From Lytechinus pictus (Eukaryota): 64,000 nt of DNA. Below the pieces are notes generated by a model that was not told where the DNA came from, searched no databases, and saw only the letters and a list, made by a program, of their open reading frames with translations. The DNA is taken from NCBI RefSeq assembly GCF_037042905.1, contig NC_087261.1, forward strand, positions 18,414,001 to 18,478,000, given 5' to 3'. Of the stretch, positions 61,513 through 64,000 are shown in pieces. A program made the position numbers and the translations under genes. Position 1 is the first letter of the stretch, and the number at the start of each line of letters is the position of its first letter.

Positions 61513-62628
61513 GTAAGTAACAAATTTCACTGGTTATTTTAACACAGCGCTTTATGATATTGTATGAATGTAATAATTGCACATTTTATTTTCTATGTAT
61601 AATGTTGCTTTCCCTCTATGTGATAAATTTTGCCATGCCCCATTTGCCTAGAGAAATTTAAGGAGCATCTTGGAAATACGAACTTATACGTTCTGGCACC
61701 TATCGTGTATTTCCTTAAAGAATCTGACACTTCGTTACGACTAAGAACTTGCAAGTAATTCACTTAATATGCAGTAAAGAAAAGGATGTTACTCTGGCCT
61801 TGTGCTTTACATTTCTCTGAGTTCATTCTTGCTTATACTCATACGTAATAATAACACATTACACATGTTACATATTATGTTTGATTTATTAAAAGAAAAT
61901 TGTAATCGCGATTATATTTTAAGGAAGTTGTGCAGGTGAGGTTGTCAAGCAAGACACATTCACCATTGACTGTACAGGTAATCATGGTCCATAAGGTATT
62001 TTTTCGGAGGAATATTCAGCTGTTTAAGTCGTTCCCATATGACTCAACTTATCTAGAGACAAGTCTCTAGTATATACTTATACACACGTCTATTGATCAA
62101 ATTTGTTTTCATTGTTGACTTAAAATATAAACTGAAATGAGTTTCAGATCTCTCTAATGCCAAAGAAAATGTAACACGGTGCGGACTTTAACTTCAATTA
62201 ATGAACGAGTAAATGCTTCAGATCATAAATTGGTATCAGGCCCCTCAATGTTTTTCCAACGTTTATTGATGGTAATTATGTGAGACTCTTGCCAGTCCAA
62301 GCTTAGAAGAATATCTTAACTATTGAACGTAGACTTATTATAATATCCAGGCTTGATCATATCTAGCATAATGCTTCTAATGCTTAAACAGACACATCGG
62401 ACACCCACACGCACACCCACCCAGATCCTCACTATATCTATTAGTATTTCATTATTGCAATTACAATGGCTATCCTAATCACGTTATGATTGCTTTCGAC
62501 TAAAACTTGTCTTATCTGAAATTTATCGGCCAGTCATTGGTATTATTATTAAGTTTAAGGTATAATAATATTAAACCAAAGTTTATCTCTGAACATGTGT
62601 ATGAATTTGGGAATTTTCTAGATCTGAA

Positions 62629-64000
62629 TTGGCGCATCCAGGGGCCTAAGGCCCCCCCCCCCCCCCTCCGTTGGTGGAGCAAAAAAAGGGCGGAGAAAGA
62701 AAAAAAAGGGAAAGAGAGGAGGAAAAAAAGGAAAAGAAAAATAAGAGGAAGAAGACGAGTAAATGAAATAAGTTGACGGAAAGAATTAGAAAATATATAT
62801 TTTTTTAATCTTTCATGTAACTATACAATTTTCTCTCGCGCCTCGCGCTAGCATTGCATTTCTTGCTCAGTAGGCTGATATGGGGCTTTTTTAAATCAAG
62901 TTTTGAAGTCAGTATACACAATATATTTCAGTACAAAAATCGAACTTTCTTTTGTTTGATTTACAAATTAATTTTTTTTTAAGTGCTCGGTAAAATGTCC
63001 ATTTTATGGTCAGAATTTAAACATTTTCAACTTGCGCTGGAATTATTTTATTTGCCTAAATACTTACTGTCTTTATGCATTCCATAAATTTCGCAAAATA
63101 TCCCTTTTCAGGTATGATTGTAAAAACGTAGGCCTATCAGCAAGTGTTAAGCGCTCGCATAGTTCTATATTAATTCTATAACAAAACTACTTGAAATCGA
63201 CTTTTCATGAAAGTTATCAAAAATTCTGGCTCGCGATTTGCACTCGCATTAATTTTTAAAATATATTAACCAATGCATCCTATTCATAATTACAAAAATG
63301 CTTGAAATGTCCAGTTTCAAGCTTTAATATCAACAATTGTCACGCTCTCATTTGGCTTATTAGATTAATCACAATATCTTTTCATCAATCCATAATAACT
63401 CAATTATCCCCTTTTTCAGAATGGAATATCGACAAGTTTCATATCACGCCTAGGAAGAGGAATAGGAAGATGGTCATCATTTCCATATAATGACAAAATG
63501 CCTGTAGCATGTCCCAGTCCTAGGTCAAAATAATAATTTAAAAATATTACCTCGCGCTTCGCGTTCGCATACTTCATTAAGTGCATTACACATCCGCTCC
63601 ATAATTTTCCTACTCAGTGCTTAAAAAAATATTAAATTGACCCTTTTTCTGATTGGAACATCAAATACTTACAGCTCGCGCTCGCATTTTTAATTTTCAT
63701 GATAAAACTGAATTATTCAGAATGCCTAGAATCTAGGTCTAAATTTAAAATACGCGCAGGCATGTTTATTAAGATTCGTAGCTTGTAATTTATTCAAAAC
63801 GTGCTTAAATGATCCACTTTCAGATCAGAATATCATTTTTTCTGCTGGGGCTTCGCACTCGCATTATTAATGCAGGTAGATAACCATCCTTTTCATGATA
63901 TAAAAACATGAATAAAGTGTCCTTCTTTTTTTTTTCTGAAATCTCGGTATTTTTTTCGCTTGCACTTCGTGCTCGCATCAATTAGTTACATTCCCTTCAT
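62629..64000. mobile_element. GCGAAGC-array DNA element, runs off the window end
   Basis: ggcgcatccagggg terminus, purine-rich tract, repeated gcttcgcgctcgc-like motifs. Confidence 0.6.

Overview
AT-rich, intron-containing animal DNA. The repeat families resemble those of sea urchins (e.g. Lytechinus); this is inferred, not shown. Manual splicing (GT-AG, phase-consistent) gives two head-to-tail plexin-like genes on the + strand. Gene 1 is the 3' half: 18 exons from 11 to the stop at 16289, encoding IPT domains, a TM helix, the split GAP domain and the RBD. Gene 2 is the 5' half: ATG at 29765, signal peptide, Sema, PSI and IPT, continuing past the window end, with a ~23.9-kb intron full of transposons. 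The best candidate for a new system is gene 1. Its GAP arginine-finger motif LLRRTES reads LFTKTES, and the loop after the RBD carries an ITAM-like YxxL-x9-YxxL that an in-phase alternative splice donor would remove. This suggests a tandemly expanded, catalytically altered plexin repurposed for tyrosine-based signalling. The rest is LINE, PLE and Harbinger relics, tRNA-derived SINEs, MITEs and foldback elements. The largest is a 5.4-kb near-perfect palindrome with a 9-bp TSD nested inside two other elements. Most ORFs in the six-frame track are spurious.
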